A stretch of 64,000 nucleotides of DNA from an uncultured Candidatus Entotheonella sp. (GCA_965215335.1 CBDCDA010000001.1:672001-736000), one strand, 5' to 3'; counted from the stretch's first letter, positions 37,815 to 49,302 are shown. The notes: generated by a model from the letters alone, not told the origin. Numbers and translations: made by a program.

Positions 37815-38606
37815 TTATCGACCACCGGCGCTGAACATGCAAGCCTTGCCCCGCCGATAGGACACGTGCACCAGGAACAGGCCATGCGCGGGCGCGGTGG
37901 GCCCGGCCAGTTGTCGCTGCCTGGCGCGCAGCACGTCGCCGACCCCTTCGGCCGGGATGACGCCGCGTCCGACCGCGACCAGGGTGCCGACGATATTGCG
38001 CGCCATGCGGTACAAAAAACCGTCAGCTCTCAGCACCAAGACGAGACGCGGCGGCCGGTACCGAAAAGCCAGCCGATACAGGCAACGCACCGGCTGGCGC
38101 GCGTCGTCCCGCGACACACCCCGAAAGGCGGAAAAGTCGTGCAGACCCATCAACAACTGCGCGGCCGCTTGCATGGCAGACACGTCGAGACGCTGCGACA
38201 CGTGCCAAGCATATGGGGCGCAAGACAACGACGGAACGACATGGTGATGAAGCTGGTACACGTACGTCTTGCGTGCTGCGTCATACCGGGCGTGAAAATC
38301 TGCCGGCGCCTCGACGGCTCGCCGCACCACGATGTCGTCCGGCAGCAGGCTGTTGAGCCCCCGCATCAACGACGACGCGGCAATGTGGGAAGTGGTGTCG
38401 AAATGCGCCACCTGACCCAGAGCGTGCACCCCGGCATCGGTGCGACCGGCGGCGTGCAGGCGTGCCGGGCCGTTCGTGATGCGTGACAGGCAGGACTCCA
38501 GGGCACCCTGCACCGTGACCGCCCGCGGCTGCAACTGCCAGCCGTGGTAGCGCGCGCCGTTGTAGGCAATCAGCAATTTGATGCGGCGGCGGTCACGCGT
38601 CGTCAT
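37815..38606 (-). CDS. truA: tRNA pseudouridine(38-40) synthase
   Basis: [28 protein letters not shown]. Confidence 0.95.
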   Translation of the reverse strand: MTTRDRRRIKLLIAYNGARYHGWQLQPRAVTVQGALESCLSRITNGPARLHAAGRTDAGVHALGQVAHFDTTSHIAASSLMRGLNSLLPDDIVVRRAVEAPADFHARYDAARKTYVYQLHHHVVPSLSCAPYAWHVSQRLDVSAMQAAAQLLMGLHDFSAFRGVSRDDARQPVRCLYRLAFRYRPPRLVLVLRADGFLYRMARNIVGTLVAVGRGVIPAEGVGDVLRARQRQLAGPTAPAHGLFLVHVSYRRGKACMFSAGGR

Positions 38607-41415
38607 GCAACACCCCGCGCAGGAAGCGGCCAGTGTGCGAGCCCTCCACCCCGGCTACCGCCTCTGGTGTCCCTGCCGCCACCAGGCGCCCGCCGCCGTC
38701 GCCGCCCTCCGGTCCGAGATCGATGATGTGGTCGGCGGTCTTGACGACGTCCAGGTTGTGCTCGATCACCAACACCGTATTGCCGCCTGCCACCAGCCGC
38801 TGCAGCACCCCGATCAGTCGTTGAATGTCCGCAAAATGCAACCCGGTGGTCGGCTCGTCCAGGATGTACAGCGTTCGGCCCGTGCTCCGCTTGCTCAACT
38901 CCCGGCTGAGCTTGACCCGCTGGGCTTCGCCGCCGGAAAGCGTGGTAGCGGCTTGTCCCAAGCGGACGTAGCCCAGCCCAACCTCCTGCAAGGTATTCAG
39001 CTTTGGCGTCAGCAACGGCACGTTGGCAAAGAAATCCGCCGCCTCGTCAACGGTGAAGTCGAGCACGTCGGCGATGGTCTTGTCCCGGTAGCGAATCTCC
39101 AGGGTATCGCGATTGAAGCGTCGTCCTTTGCAGACGTCGCAGGTCACGTAGACATCGGGCAGAAAGTGCATTTCGATCTTCAGGGTGCCGTGGCCCTGGC
39201 ACGACTCGCAGCGTCCGCCCTTGACGTTGAAACTGAACCGCCCCGGCTTGTAGCCCCGCATGCGCGCTTCCGGAACCTGCGTGAACAGCGCCCGGATGGT
39301 GTCGAACAGCCCCGTGTACGTCGCCGGATTGGAGCGCGGCGTGCGGCCGATGGGCGACTGATCGATGTCGATGACCTTGTCCAGGTGCTCCATGCCCTTG
39401 AGTGCCCCAAACGCTCCGGGCCGCTCACGCGTGCGATACAGCCGCCTGGCCAACGCCTTGTAGAGGATGTCCATCACCAGCGTGCTCTTGCCGGAGCCGG
39501 ACACGCCGGTGACGCAGACGAACACGCCCAGGGGAATCGTGACGTCCAGGTTGTCGAGGTTATTGGCGGTGGCCTCTCGAAGAATCAGTTTGCGCTTACC
39601 GGGCTTGCGCCGTTTGGCCGGCACGGGAATGGTCAGCACGCCACTGAGATACTGGCCGGTGAGCGAATCGGGCTGTTGCCTGATCTCGTCGGGCGTGCCG
39701 GCCGCCACCACGTGGCCGCCGTGCTCCCCTGCCCCCGGCCCCAGGTCCAGCACGTAATCGGCGGCGTTGATGGTATCACGGTCGTGCTCCACCACCAACA
39801 CCGTATTGCTCAGGTCGCGCAGGCGCTGCAGGCTTTCCAGCAGCCGCTGGTTGTCCCGCTGATGCAGGCCGATGCTCGGCTCGTCGAGGATGTACAACAC
39901 ACCGACCAGCCCGGAACCGATCTGCGTCGCCAGGCGAATACGCTGCCCTTCGCCGCCCGATAACGTTGCGGCCGCACGGCCCAGCGTCAGGTATTCCAGG
40001 CCGACGCTATGCAGGAAACGCAGCCGAACGCGCAATTCCTGGAGCACCTTGCCGGCCACTCTCAACTCGAAATCATCCAGATTCAGTTCCGCAAAGAAAC
40101 GCTCAGCCTGCCCCACGGACAAGGCCGTGAGGTCGCTGATGCTGCGCCCATGCACCCGCACCGCGATGGCTTCCAGGCGCAGGCGCGCACCCTGGCACGC
40201 CCCGCAAGGCCGCGGACGCATGTACGATTGCAGGTCCTCCCGCACCGTCAGCGATTCAGTCTCCCGGTAGCGCCGCTTGAGACCGGGAATCACGCCCTCG
40301 TACACCCGTTCGACGTGTCGCATTCGCCCGCGTGCCTGATAGCTCACCTTCACGGCTTCGTCGCCGCTGCCGTACAGGACCAGGCGCTGCTGCGCCTCGC
40401 CCAACTGCCCAAAGGGCCGCCGCAGGTCCACGCCGTATTGCGCCGCCAAGCCATGCAGCATGGGCTGCATGGCGTCCAGATGGCGCTCGGACCACACCGC
40501 GATGGCGCCCTCGTTGAGCGACAACTCGCCGTGCGGCGCCACCAGTTCGGGGTCGAATTCCATGTCGACGCCCAAACCGTCGCACGTCGTGCAGGCGCCC
40601 TGCGGGCTGTTGAAGGAGAACAGGCGCGGTTCGAGCTCCGGGCAACTGATGCCGCAGTCGGGGCAGGCATGCCTGACACTGCACAGCAGGTGCTCGCCGT
40701 CAACAATCTGCACGCCCACCAGCCCATCGCTGTGCATCAGGGCGATTTCAACCGAGTTGCTCAGGCGGGCGGCGACGTCGGGTCGCACCACGAGCCGGTC
40801 GACGACAATCTCGATGGTATGGTTGAAATTGCGGTCCAGCGTCGGTACCGTTTCGAGGGGCATCACCTCACCGTCGATGCGCACCCGCACGAAGCCATCC
40901 CGCTTGATTTGCTCCAGTTCCTTGCGGTATGACCCTTTCCGATGCCGTACCACCGGCGCCAGGATGAGCAGCCGGGTGCCCTCGGGCAGCTGCACGACGC
41001 GGTCCACGATGTTCTGCACCGTCTGCGCCCGAATCGGCTGACCGCACTGCGGGCAATGGGGCACACCGACCCGCGCAAACAACAGGCGCAGATAGTCATA
41101 AATCTCCGTCACCGTGCCGACCGTCGAGCGCGGGTTGCGGCTCACCGTCTTCTGCTCGATGGCGATGGCGGGCGACAGCCCCTCGATGGCGTCCACGTCG
41201 GGCTTTTCGAGCTGTTCCAGGAACTGGCGGGCGTATGCCGACAGGGATTCGACGTAGCGGCGCTGCCCTTCGGCATAGAGGGTGTCGAAGGCGAGTGACG
41301 ACTTGCCGGAACCGCTCAGCCCAGTGATGACCACCAGGCATTCGCGGGGGATGTCAACTGCGAGGTCCTTGAGATTGTGTTGGCGGGCGCCACGAATGGC
41401 GATCACGTTACTCAC
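38593..41415 (-). CDS. uvrA: Excinuclease ABC subunit A
   Basis: Two ABC domains ([16 protein letters not shown]), LSGGE, zinc fingers. Confidence 0.98.
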   Translation of the reverse strand: MSNVIAIRGARQHNLKDLAVDIPRECLVVITGLSGSGKSSLAFDTLYAEGQRRYVESLSAYARQFLEQLEKPDVDAIEGLSPAIAIEQKTVSRNPRSTVGTVTEIYDYLRLLFARVGVPHCPQCGQPIRAQTVQNIVDRVVQLPEGTRLLILAPVVRHRKGSYRKELEQIKRDGFVRVRIDGEVMPLETVPTLDRNFNHTIEIVVDRLVVRPDVAARLSNSVEIALMHSDGLVGVQIVDGEHLLCSVRHACPDCGISCPELEPRLFSFNSPQGACTTCDGLGVDMEFDPELVAPHGELSLNEGAIAVWSERHLDAMQPMLHGLAAQYGVDLRRPFGQLGEAQQRLVLYGSGDEAVKVSYQARGRMRHVERVYEGVIPGLKRRYRETESLTVREDLQSYMRPRPCGACQGARLRLEAIAVRVHGRSISDLTALSVGQAERFFAELNLDDFELRVAGKVLQELRVRLRFLHSVGLEYLTLGRAAATLSGGEGQRIRLATQIGSGLVGVLYILDEPSIGLHQRDNQRLLESLQRLRDLSNTVLVVEHDRDTINAADYVLDLGPGAGEHGGHVVAAGTPDEIRQQPDSLTGQYLSGVLTIPVPAKRRKPGKRKLILREATANNLDNLDVTIPLGVFVCVTGVSGSGKSTLVMDILYKALARRLYRTRERPGAFGALKGMEHLDKVIDIDQSPIGRTPRSNPATYTGLFDTIRALFTQVPEARMRGYKPGRFSFNVKGGRCESCQGHGTLKIEMHFLPDVYVTCDVCKGRRFNRDTLEIRYRDKTIADVLDFTVDEAADFFANVPLLTPKLNTLQEVGLGYVRLGQAATTLSGGEAQRVKLSRELSKRSTGRTLYILDEPTTGLHFADIQRLIGVLQRLVAGGNTVLVIEHNLDVVKTADHIIDLGPEGGDGGGRLVAAGTPEAVAGVEGSHTGRFLRGVLHDDA

Positions 41416-41463
41416 GGTCGCACGTCAGAGGAAGGCGTGATGAAGGGATGAAATATCGCCGCA

Positions 41464-43068
41464 CTACTGCATGTCGTGATACTGCATCATGCCGGTCAAT
41501 TGGTCGAGTTGCGCCAACGCGACATTGTAGTCGCTCAGCGCCCGGGTCTCATTGCTCAGCGCGTTGGTCAAGTCTTCCTGAAATTCCAGCACGTTGAAAC
41601 TGGTCGACAAACCGAGACGGAACTTTTCCTGCTCCGCTTCGAGCTGGGTGCGCGCCAGCATGGTGGCTGAACGCGTCACTTCCACGCGCTGGATGGTGGT
41701 GCGGATATTGCGCACCGCCTGGCGAATCTGCTGCACAATGGCAAGTACGAGGTGGCGTTGGTCGATGCGCGCCTGGCGCAGTTCCAACTGGCGCTTGTCG
41801 ATCAGAACGCGCCTGGCGCGGGGACCGAGGGTGATTTCCATTTGCAGACCCACGGCCCATTGGTAGCCGTCGCGGTCCGGGATGGCGGCAAAGGCGTCGC
41901 CGAGGTCACCGTCGTGAGCGTTCAGCCTGCCGGTGCCGATGACGTCCAGGCGCGGCAGGCTATGATTGCGCGCCTCGTCCCGCAAACTCTCCCGTACCTG
42001 GATATCCAGCTGCGAACTGAGGTAATCGGGCCGCTGCTGCAAGGCGACGTCGACCTGCTCCTCGACGGCAACCGTGGACACCGGCGCAAACGACGGACTA
42101 TCCGTCGGCTGCAGGCGCACGCTCCAGGAGTCCATGCTCTCCGGTATGTTCAGGATGGCCTTGAGCTGATCGTCCGCGTCGCGCAGCGCGGCCTCTGCCA
42201 CGATGACGTCCCCCTCGCGCGTTTTCACCCGCGTCTCGGCCTGCACCAGTTCGATCGGCGCCAGGGTCCCCAATTCCACCCGCACGGTATTCTCGGCCAG
42301 GAAGTCCTCGGCGAGCTTCTGCGACGCACGCTTGGCGGCCAGGTCCTGGATGCGGAAGACCAGGTCCCAGTAACCCTGGTGGACAGCGAACACCGTATCC
42401 AGGATCGCCTGAACAACGTTCTGCTCGGCGATTTGCTCCCTGATCTCCGCCTGTCGAAGCGGCGCCTTGTTGACCGCAATGCCGAAATTCTGCAACAACG
42501 GGTGCGTGAAAGTCAGTTCGAGGCTGTTCTCGAAAAGAGGATTGTGGACGCGGGGGCCACCGAAACCGCCCTCCTGGTCACTGCGAGCCGTGATAAAGCG
42601 GAGTTCGTAATCGCCGCCGGTGACAATGCGGTGGCGAAGGTACGCGGAAAGCGTGCTGCGGCTGTCGAAGATGGGATCCAGCTCCTGGTTCATGCGCAAA
42701 TTCTGCGTCTCCGACACGTTCACTTCGGCGCCGACCTTCGGGTCGAATTCCACCTTGGCCCGGTCGATATCGACCAGCGCGATGAGCGGCCCGAAGCGTT
42801 CGCGTTCGATTGCCAGGCTGTTCTGCAGGGCCAGTTGGATGGCGTCTTCGAGCGCCAGCTCGAGCACGCGCTCGCCCATGGCCGACGGCGCGTCGCCTGC
42901 GGGAGGCAACTCGGTCTCCTGCCCTGCCGCGTCCTGCTGCATCTCCGCCTGTCCATACGGCACGCCGGCGGGCAAAAAAGCGCCGATCAGCAACAGGACG
43001 ATGCCAAGACGGCAGGCACGCCATCCGTAACGGTGCAACTCCAGGGAGGTGCCTGGCCGGCAACCCAT
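41464..43068 (-). CDS. TolC family outer-membrane protein (start uncertain)
   Basis: LEDAIQLAL, PLLQNFG, two OEP repeats, EQEKFRLG. Confidence 0.85.
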   Translation of the reverse strand: MGCRPGTSLELHRYGWRACRLGIVLLLIGAFLPAGVPYGQAEMQQDAAGQETELPPAGDAPSAMGERVLELALEDAIQLALQNSLAIERERFGPLIALVDIDRAKVEFDPKVGAEVNVSETQNLRMNQELDPIFDSRSTLSAYLRHRIVTGGDYELRFITARSDQEGGFGGPRVHNPLFENSLELTFTHPLLQNFGIAVNKAPLRQAEIREQIAEQNVVQAILDTVFAVHQGYWDLVFRIQDLAAKRASQKLAEDFLAENTVRVELGTLAPIELVQAETRVKTREGDVIVAEAALRDADDQLKAILNIPESMDSWSVRLQPTDSPSFAPVSTVAVEEQVDVALQQRPDYLSSQLDIQVRESLRDEARNHSLPRLDVIGTGRLNAHDGDLGDAFAAIPDRDGYQWAVGLQMEITLGPRARRVLIDKRQLELRQARIDQRHLVLAIVQQIRQAVRNIRTTIQRVEVTRSATMLARTQLEAEQEKFRLGLSTSFNVLEFQEDLTNALSNETRALSDYNVALAQLDQLTGMMQYHDMQ

Positions 43069-43193
43069 GCGTCTTCTCCTTCGTTCGTCAGCAGTGACCC
43101 AGATCAAATGCGGTCAAAGTTGCCGTTCGTTTTCGGGCAAACCAAAGCGGAGCCGGTCCGCAGACCGACTCCGCTCCACCCACGATGCCTGAC

Positions 43194-44255
43194 TTACCAG
43201 GCGGCGACAGGATTTCCCGGCGATCCGGTGGCGCCGACGAGTTTCAGCGGCGACCACGCGAAGGCGAACTCATAAGCCTTCTCGCGGGACAGCTTGTCCA
43301 GGTCGAGGTTCTCAAAGTTGGTGATGCCGCGACGGGCGGTCAGGTTCATGTGGCAATAGGCGAAGTAGCTCTCGGGCATGCCCTGGGCAAAGTCATACGG
43401 CTCCAGACCCCAGGTGTCGGAACCGATCATGGAGATCTTCCTGGCTGCCAGGTGGTCGCAGACTTCCGGGCTGACGCCGGGCTCACCGGAGCCGACTTCG
43501 GCAATCCTCGCCGGGTCTATGGATGAGTAATCCTTCCACAGGCTGTTCCAGCCGGTGCGGAACAGTACCACGTCACCCTGGCTGGCATCGTCAATGCCCT
43601 GCGCCGCAAGAGCGGCTTCGTAGTCGGCCATGGTAATGGCATAGCCCTTGTCCAGCCGGTCCACACCCTTCAGGGCGGCGATGTCGATCAGGATGCCGCG
43701 CGTGAAGAAGCCGATCTCGGCCAGGTGCTCGTTGCCGACTGCCTTCAAACCGCGCGGATGGCCCACGTCTTCCAGACGGAACCTGTTGTAGAAATAATTG
43801 CCGTCTTCCCAGCCGGGAACGCCGGTGACCTTGATCATCGGGTGCGCCAGGCCGTCCCACTGCGTGCCCACCTGTCCGATCTCGGCGGTCAGCAATTCGT
43901 CCATGAAGGTCATCTGGTAGTTGTCGCCTTCCCAGCTCAGCGGGCCGTGGGTCGGCGTTCCGCCACCGGGGATGCTCAGGGCAAACGTACGGCCCGGCAC
44001 GAGCGGCATGCCATTGTAATAGGGCATACCCAATGTGGCCGTCATGCCCTTCTTCACCAACCGGGCTGCCGCCACGACTTTCTCCGGGGTGATGTATTTC
44101 ACCGCGCCGGCCTGATCATCGGCGCCGAACTCGCTCGGCCACCAGTTTTCATCCGCCGGATTGTTCCCCGCCATGGCCGTCCCAACCAGCATGGCAATCA
44201 CGCAAGCCCCGACCGCAAAGCCGAGACTGGAGGCGTTTCGGCGATACTTCATCAT
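43194..44255 (-). CDS. Exported cyclase-family (kynurenine formamidase-like) protein
   Basis: GADDQAG, GTQWDG, GDVVLFRTGW, GATGSP. Confidence 0.82.
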   Translation of the reverse strand: MMKYRRNASSLGFAVGACVIAMLVGTAMAGNNPADENWWPSEFGADDQAGAVKYITPEKVVAAARLVKKGMTATLGMPYYNGMPLVPGRTFALSIPGGGTPTHGPLSWEGDNYQMTFMDELLTAEIGQVGTQWDGLAHPMIKVTGVPGWEDGNYFYNRFRLEDVGHPRGLKAVGNEHLAEIGFFTRGILIDIAALKGVDRLDKGYAITMADYEAALAAQGIDDASQGDVVLFRTGWNSLWKDYSSIDPARIAEVGSGEPGVSPEVCDHLAARKISMIGSDTWGLEPYDFAQGMPESYFAYCHMNLTARRGITNFENLDLDKLSREKAYEFAFAWSPLKLVGATGSPGNPVAAW

Positions 44256-44532
44256 CCTCTCTCCTTCTTCCTTTCGACAAGTTCAAGGGGCCACGCCTGC
44301 GCAGGCCGCTTGCCCCTTTGCAAGACAGACGCCCGGGCAACACCCGGCCGACGTGAGTGTGCATTAGTACAAATTCGCTCGGCACTGTCAAGACCAAGGT
44401 TCTGCCGCCTCGCCATCGGCCCTTTGAGTGCCGCACCCTGCCGCCACGCGATGCTCGGAGCGTCTTCACCCCGTCCAAATTTTTCTTGTTGACAGGCCGA
44501 AATGAACGCGGCTAAATATACGCCACAAGTCG

Positions 44533-44663
44533 ACAGGCTCCTCAGCAAACCGGCCCCGCGGCGGCGTTCAAGGCATCGTTGGCCCCTTGAAGGTCTAGTG
44601 CTCGAAAGAGGGTGCACGCAAGACCCGGACGAGTTACGAGGTTTGCTTTGAGGTAAGGACTGT
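44533..44663 (+). ncRNA. Candidate structured 5' leader RNA of the PQQ dehydrogenase operon
   Basis: Nested complementary segments and a GAAA tetraloop; TTGACA at 44489-44494 upstream. Confidence 0.4.
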
Positions 44664-44707
44664 TGCAAGGTGTACAGGTTTTCACTGCAAGAAAGGAGGA
44701 TAGGGGT

Positions 44708-46474
44708 ATGTCCAGCAAGTATTTCAGGTCCCTGATCGCCCTGCTGGCGATGGGCTTGCTCATCGCCTGGGGAGGGGCAGCAGTCGCGCAGGACGATGAT
44801 GCGTCGCGTTACACCTCCGAAGAGATCGAAGGCGAGGAAGAAGGGCCGCGCATCGAAGTCCTGGAAGGGTATGTTTCCCCCGGCGTCATCACCGATTCCA
44901 TGCTCCTCAACGCGGGCAAGGATCCCAACAACTGGATCCTGTACGGCAAGGATTACTCCCACACCCGCTACAGCCAACTCGACCAGATCAACACCGAGAC
45001 GGTCAAGGACCTGGTGCCGAAGTGGGTCTTGTCGTTTGGCGTCCTGGACAGCCAGGGCAGCCAGACCATGGCCTTCAACGGCAACCTGTTCGTCAGTTCC
45101 TCCTACAATCACGTCTTCCGCGTGGATGGCCGGACGGGCCGCACGGTGTGGCGCTACGACCACCCGCTGCCGGGCGACGTCTTTCCGCATCTGTGCTGTG
45201 ACGTGATCAACCGCGGCCCGGCGCTCTATGGCACCAACCTCTACGTTGCCACCCTGGATGGCCACCTGGTCGCCCTCGATTCCGCCAGCGGTCAGGTCAT
45301 CTGGGATCAGACCGTAGCCGATTACAAGTCTTCCTACAGCTTCACCCTGCTGCCGCTGGCGCTGGATGGCAAGATCATCATCGGCACCTCGGGGGCGGAG
45401 TTCGGCATTCGCGGCTTCATCACGGCGCGCGACGCCGAGACGGGTGAAGAAGTGTGGAAGACGCACACCATTCCCGCGCCGGGCGAGCCGGGCGGCGACA
45501 CCTGGCCGGGTGACACCTACAAGTACGGCGGTGGCTCGGCATGGGTAACGGGAGCCTATGATCCCGAGCTGAACAACATCTACTGGGGCGTCGGCCAGCC
45601 TGGCCCGTGGGACCGTCATGCCCACCCCGGCGACAACCTGTACACCAACTCCACCATCGTCATGGATCCGGATTCCGGGGCCATCAAGTTCCACTTCCAG
45701 TACACCCCGAACGATCCGTATGACTACGACGGCGTGAACGAAACCGTCCTGGCCGACATCGACGGCCAGAAGGTCTGGCTGCACGCCGATCGTAACGGGC
45801 ATTTCTATTCCATCGACCGCACCAACGGCAGCTTCAACTACGCCGTGCCGCTGGGCAAGGTCAACTGGAACCGGGGTTTCGATCCCGAGACCGGTCGCCC
45901 GATCTTCGCCTATCCGGAGATGGACGTTGGCTACGACAAGGTCACCGAGGGTATCTACCCGGCCCTGTTCGGCGGCAAGGAATGGAACCCCATGGCGTAC
46001 GACCCGAATACCCAGATCGCCTACGTGCCCGCCTTTGGCGACCATAGCATGGACCTGCAGGCGAAGCGCGAGCGCTATGCGCGCGGCGAGACCTTCCTGG
46101 GTATCAAGGTCATGAAGTGGTACGGCGGTGGCGGCGAGTTGCGCGCCATCGATGCCCGGAATGGCGAGCTCGTGTGGGTGCACAACAACCCGATGCCGTT
46201 CCGCAGCAGCGTGACCGCGACGGCCGGAAACCTGGTGTTTGCCGGCGACACGGAAGGCTACATCAAGGCCTTCAACGCCACCACCGGAGCGCAGGTATGG
46301 AGTTTCTACTGCGGTTCCTCCGTCATGGGCGGCGTGAATACCTTCACGGTCGACGGCGAGCAGATGCTGGCGGTCGTGGTCGGACAGGCCCAGACGGGCA
46401 TCGAGATGTTCGACGAGAACTGGAAAAAGACGCACCAGAAGGGCGGCCACCTGATCGCTTTCGGGCTGCACTAA
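44708..46474 (+). CDS. PQQ-dependent alcohol-type dehydrogenase
   Basis: LCCDVINRG, GAEFG, PYDYDGVNE, GGKEW; signal peptide. Confidence 0.9.
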   Translation: MSSKYFRSLIALLAMGLLIAWGGAAVAQDDDASRYTSEEIEGEEEGPRIEVLEGYVSPGVITDSMLLNAGKDPNNWILYGKDYSHTRYSQLDQINTETVKDLVPKWVLSFGVLDSQGSQTMAFNGNLFVSSSYNHVFRVDGRTGRTVWRYDHPLPGDVFPHLCCDVINRGPALYGTNLYVATLDGHLVALDSASGQVIWDQTVADYKSSYSFTLLPLALDGKIIIGTSGAEFGIRGFITARDAETGEEVWKTHTIPAPGEPGGDTWPGDTYKYGGGSAWVTGAYDPELNNIYWGVGQPGPWDRHAHPGDNLYTNSTIVMDPDSGAIKFHFQYTPNDPYDYDGVNETVLADIDGQKVWLHADRNGHFYSIDRTNGSFNYAVPLGKVNWNRGFDPETGRPIFAYPEMDVGYDKVTEGIYPALFGGKEWNPMAYDPNTQIAYVPAFGDHSMDLQAKRERYARGETFLGIKVMKWYGGGGELRAIDARNGELVWVHNNPMPFRSSVTATAGNLVFAGDTEGYIKAFNATTGAQVWSFYCGSSVMGGVNTFTVDGEQMLAVVVGQAQTGIEMFDENWKKTHQKGGHLIAFGLH

Positions 46475-46548
46475 TCTGAGCGTCTGATCGTCCTGTGCTG
46501 CCATGGGTCCCGACCGTCCATGGCAGCACGTTTTTTGAGGAAGCATTC

Positions 46549-47370
46549 ATGCGGAGCACCAGCAGTATCGCTTGGGTCCTGATCGTCGTTATTGCCGGCG
46601 CGGGTCTGGCGACGGCCGCACCGACTGCCTTGGAACGAGCCAAGGAGCGCGGCACCATCGTCGCCTGCGCTGATCCCTACAACCTGCCCTTCTCCAGCCC
46701 GGACCCCAACATGCCCGGCTTTGACGTCGAAATCGCCAAGGAAATCGCCCGGGGCATGGGCTTGTCGATCGCCTACCACTGGGCCGACACCGGCACCCGC
46801 GGCGGCCTCAGCCGCGCCCTGCGCCTGTCGATCAACGATGGCAAATGCGATTTCTTCATGGGCCTGCCCAACGATGACGACATGCTCGACGAATACAAGG
46901 AAAAACGACTCGAAATCACCCGACCCTACCTCGGCACGGGTTATGTTCTCGTCGGCAAGGCGAGCGGACGCGGCCCTCAGACGCTGGCGGACGCCAAAGA
47001 CGCCAAGATCGGCGTGATCATGTTTACCGTCGGCGACATGTTTCTGAGCCGTGACGGCTTCCAAACCGACCCCTACCGCCGCAACGAGGAAAACCTCGCG
47101 GCCCTTCAAAAAGGCGAGGTCGAATTCAGCCTCATGCTCGCCTCCAAGGCCGGCTGGTGGCTTCATCAAAACCCGGATAGCGGCTTGGCAATTGTCGACG
47201 GGTTTACACCTGATCCCAGGATGCAATACAGCCTGGTGATCGCCGTGCGACGCACGGAACAAGACCTGAAGACAGCGATCAACCAGGAGCTTGCAAAGCT
47301 TGTGGCCAGCGGCCACATCGCAGAGATCGTTGCCAAGTACGGCGTTCCCTTCTTCCCGCCATTCAATTGA
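46549..47370 (+). CDS. MxaJ/XoxJ-like periplasmic substrate-binding protein
   Basis: ACADPYNLPFS, GFDVEIA, KCDFFMG; follows the PQQ dehydrogenase. Confidence 0.82.
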   Translation: MRSTSSIAWVLIVVIAGAGLATAAPTALERAKERGTIVACADPYNLPFSSPDPNMPGFDVEIAKEIARGMGLSIAYHWADTGTRGGLSRALRLSINDGKCDFFMGLPNDDDMLDEYKEKRLEITRPYLGTGYVLVGKASGRGPQTLADAKDAKIGVIMFTVGDMFLSRDGFQTDPYRRNEENLAALQKGEVEFSLMLASKAGWWLHQNPDSGLAIVDGFTPDPRMQYSLVIAVRRTEQDLKTAINQELAKLVASGHIAEIVAKYGVPFFPPFN

Positions 47371-47484
47371 AGAATTCTCCGTAGCCTCCTCGCCCAGGCC
47401 GGGGTGCTGCCGCTCATCAGCCAGTAACGCTCCCCCCTTTCGATGCTACGTTGCAACCATCACGGACATGACAAGGATGAACCC

Positions 47485-48417
47485 ATGCGTATTGGAATAT
47501 TTGCGGGTGCACGACGCGAGGTGGACAACCTGGAAAGGCTGGCACGACAGGTGAGGCGGGCCGAGACGGACGGCTTCAGCCACTTCTGGGTGCCGCACTT
47601 GTTGACGTTCGGCTACGACGCGTTGACGGCTCTCGCGATCGTCGGCCAGCAGACAAGCCGTATCGAGCTCGGCACGGCCGTTGTTCCAACCTATCCGTAT
47701 CATCCGCTGGGCATGGCACAGCACGCCCTCACCGCCCAACGAGCCAGCAACGGCCGGCTGGTTTTGGGCATCGGCCTGTCCCATCGTCCGCTGATCGAGG
47801 GCATGATGGGCCTGTCGTACGACGGCGCCGCACAGCATATGGAGGAATATCTGTCGGTGCTGCGGCCGCTGGTCAGTGAGGGTCGGGTGGACTTCGGCGG
47901 CAGCGTTTACAACGTCAAAGTGGAGCTGCAGGTGCCGGACACCGCCGCGTTTCCCGTTCTGGTGGCGGCTCTGGCGCCGCGCATGCTGCATCTCACCGGC
48001 GAATTGGCGGACGGCACCATCACCTGGATGGCGGGACGAAAGACCATCGAATCGCACATCGTGCCGCGCATCAGTGCTGCGGCCAAATCGGCAGGACGCG
48101 GGCAGCCGCGCGTGTGCGTCGGCCTGCCGGTCGCCGTAACCGACAGCCCGGAGGGCGGTCACGAGGTTGCTGACGGTATCTTCAACCGCTACGGGCAGTT
48201 GCTCAATTACCGCCGCCTGCTGGACATTGAAGGCGTGGAAGGCCCGGCAGACGTCGCGGTGGTTGGAAACGAGGCCCAAGTGGAACAGCAATTACGGGCG
48301 TTTGCGTCTGCGGGCGCGACGGACTTCCTGGCGTCAATTTTTCCGGTGGGCGACGACGCCGATGCGTCCATCTCGCGCACCTGGACGTTGCTCAAGGGCC
48401 TGAACGGCAGGCTGTAG
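47485..48417 (+). CDS. LLM-class (probably F420-dependent) oxidoreductase
   Basis: ELGTAVVPTYP, LGIGLSH, AALAPRML..GELADGTITW. Confidence 0.85.
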   Translation: MRIGIFAGARREVDNLERLARQVRRAETDGFSHFWVPHLLTFGYDALTALAIVGQQTSRIELGTAVVPTYPYHPLGMAQHALTAQRASNGRLVLGIGLSHRPLIEGMMGLSYDGAAQHMEEYLSVLRPLVSEGRVDFGGSVYNVKVELQVPDTAAFPVLVAALAPRMLHLTGELADGTITWMAGRKTIESHIVPRISAAAKSAGRGQPRVCVGLPVAVTDSPEGGHEVADGIFNRYGQLLNYRRLLDIEGVEGPADVAVVGNEAQVEQQLRAFASAGATDFLASIFPVGDDADASISRTWTLLKGLNGRL

Positions 48418-48426
48418 GAGGGAAGG

Positions 48427-49302
48427 ATGGCCGCCATATCACCGATGGCCAAGAAATACGTACAGGTGCTGGAGCACAACATGGCTTACGTCGAAGCCGG
48501 CGAGGGTGACCCTATTGTCCTGCTGCACGGCAACCCGACCTCGTCCTATCTGTGGCGCGGCGTCATCCCACACCTCACCGGGCTTGGCCGTTGTATCGCG
48601 CCGGATCTCATTGGCATGGGAGATTCGGACAAACTGGCGGACAGTGGCCCGCACCGCTACCGCTTTGTGGAGCACCGGCAGTACCTCGACGCCTTTCTGG
48701 AAGCGGTCGGCGTCAATGACAACGTGACCTTCGTGGTGCACGACTGGGGCTCGGCGCTCGGCTTCGACTGGGCCAACCGGCACCGCCACGCCGTCAGGGG
48801 GCTGGCCTACATGGAGGCCATCGTGCAGCCGCTGACCTGGACGCAGTGGCCGGAAGCCGCGCTGCAAATTTTTCAAGGATTCCGTTCCATCAACGGTGAG
48901 TCCATGATCCTCACGTACAACCTGTTCATCGAGCGTGTGCTGCCGGGATCGATCAGGCGGAAGTTGACGGATGAGGAAATGGCGGAATATCGCCGGCCCT
49001 TCCTTGAACCCGGTGAGGGTCGCCGCCCCACCTTGACGTGGCCAAGGGAAATCCCCATTGAGGGCGAGCCGGAGGACGTGACCGAGGTCGTCGGCAACTA
49101 TGCCGTGTGGCTACGCCAGTCCCCTATTCCCAAGCTGTTTATCAACGCCAACCCCGGCGCCATCCTGGTCGGCGAGCAGCGCGAATTCTGTCGCACGTGG
49201 CCGCATCAAACGGAGGTGACGGTACCAGGGATTCACTTCATCCAGGAAGACGCTCCGGACGACATCGGCCAAGCCATCGCCGACTGGCTACGCACGCTGT
49301 AG
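48427..49302 (+). CDS. dhaA: Haloalkane dehalogenase
   Basis: HGNPTSSYLWR, VHDWGS nucleophile elbow, RRPTLTWPREIP, HFIQED. Confidence 0.9.
   Translation: MAAISPMAKKYVQVLEHNMAYVEAGEGDPIVLLHGNPTSSYLWRGVIPHLTGLGRCIAPDLIGMGDSDKLADSGPHRYRFVEHRQYLDAFLEAVGVNDNVTFVVHDWGSALGFDWANRHRHAVRGLAYMEAIVQPLTWTQWPEAALQIFQGFRSINGESMILTYNLFIERVLPGSIRRKLTDEEMAEYRRPFLEPGEGRRPTLTWPREIPIEGEPEDVTEVVGNYAVWLRQSPIPKLFINANPGAILVGEQREFCRTWPHQTEVTVPGIHFIQEDAPDDIGQAIADWLRTL

Noticed and set aside
44540..44653. c-di-GMP-I, glnA or cobalamin riboswitch
   Set aside because: Isolated words (GCAAACC, CGTTGGCCC, GCCCCGC) occur, but not in the required order or structure.
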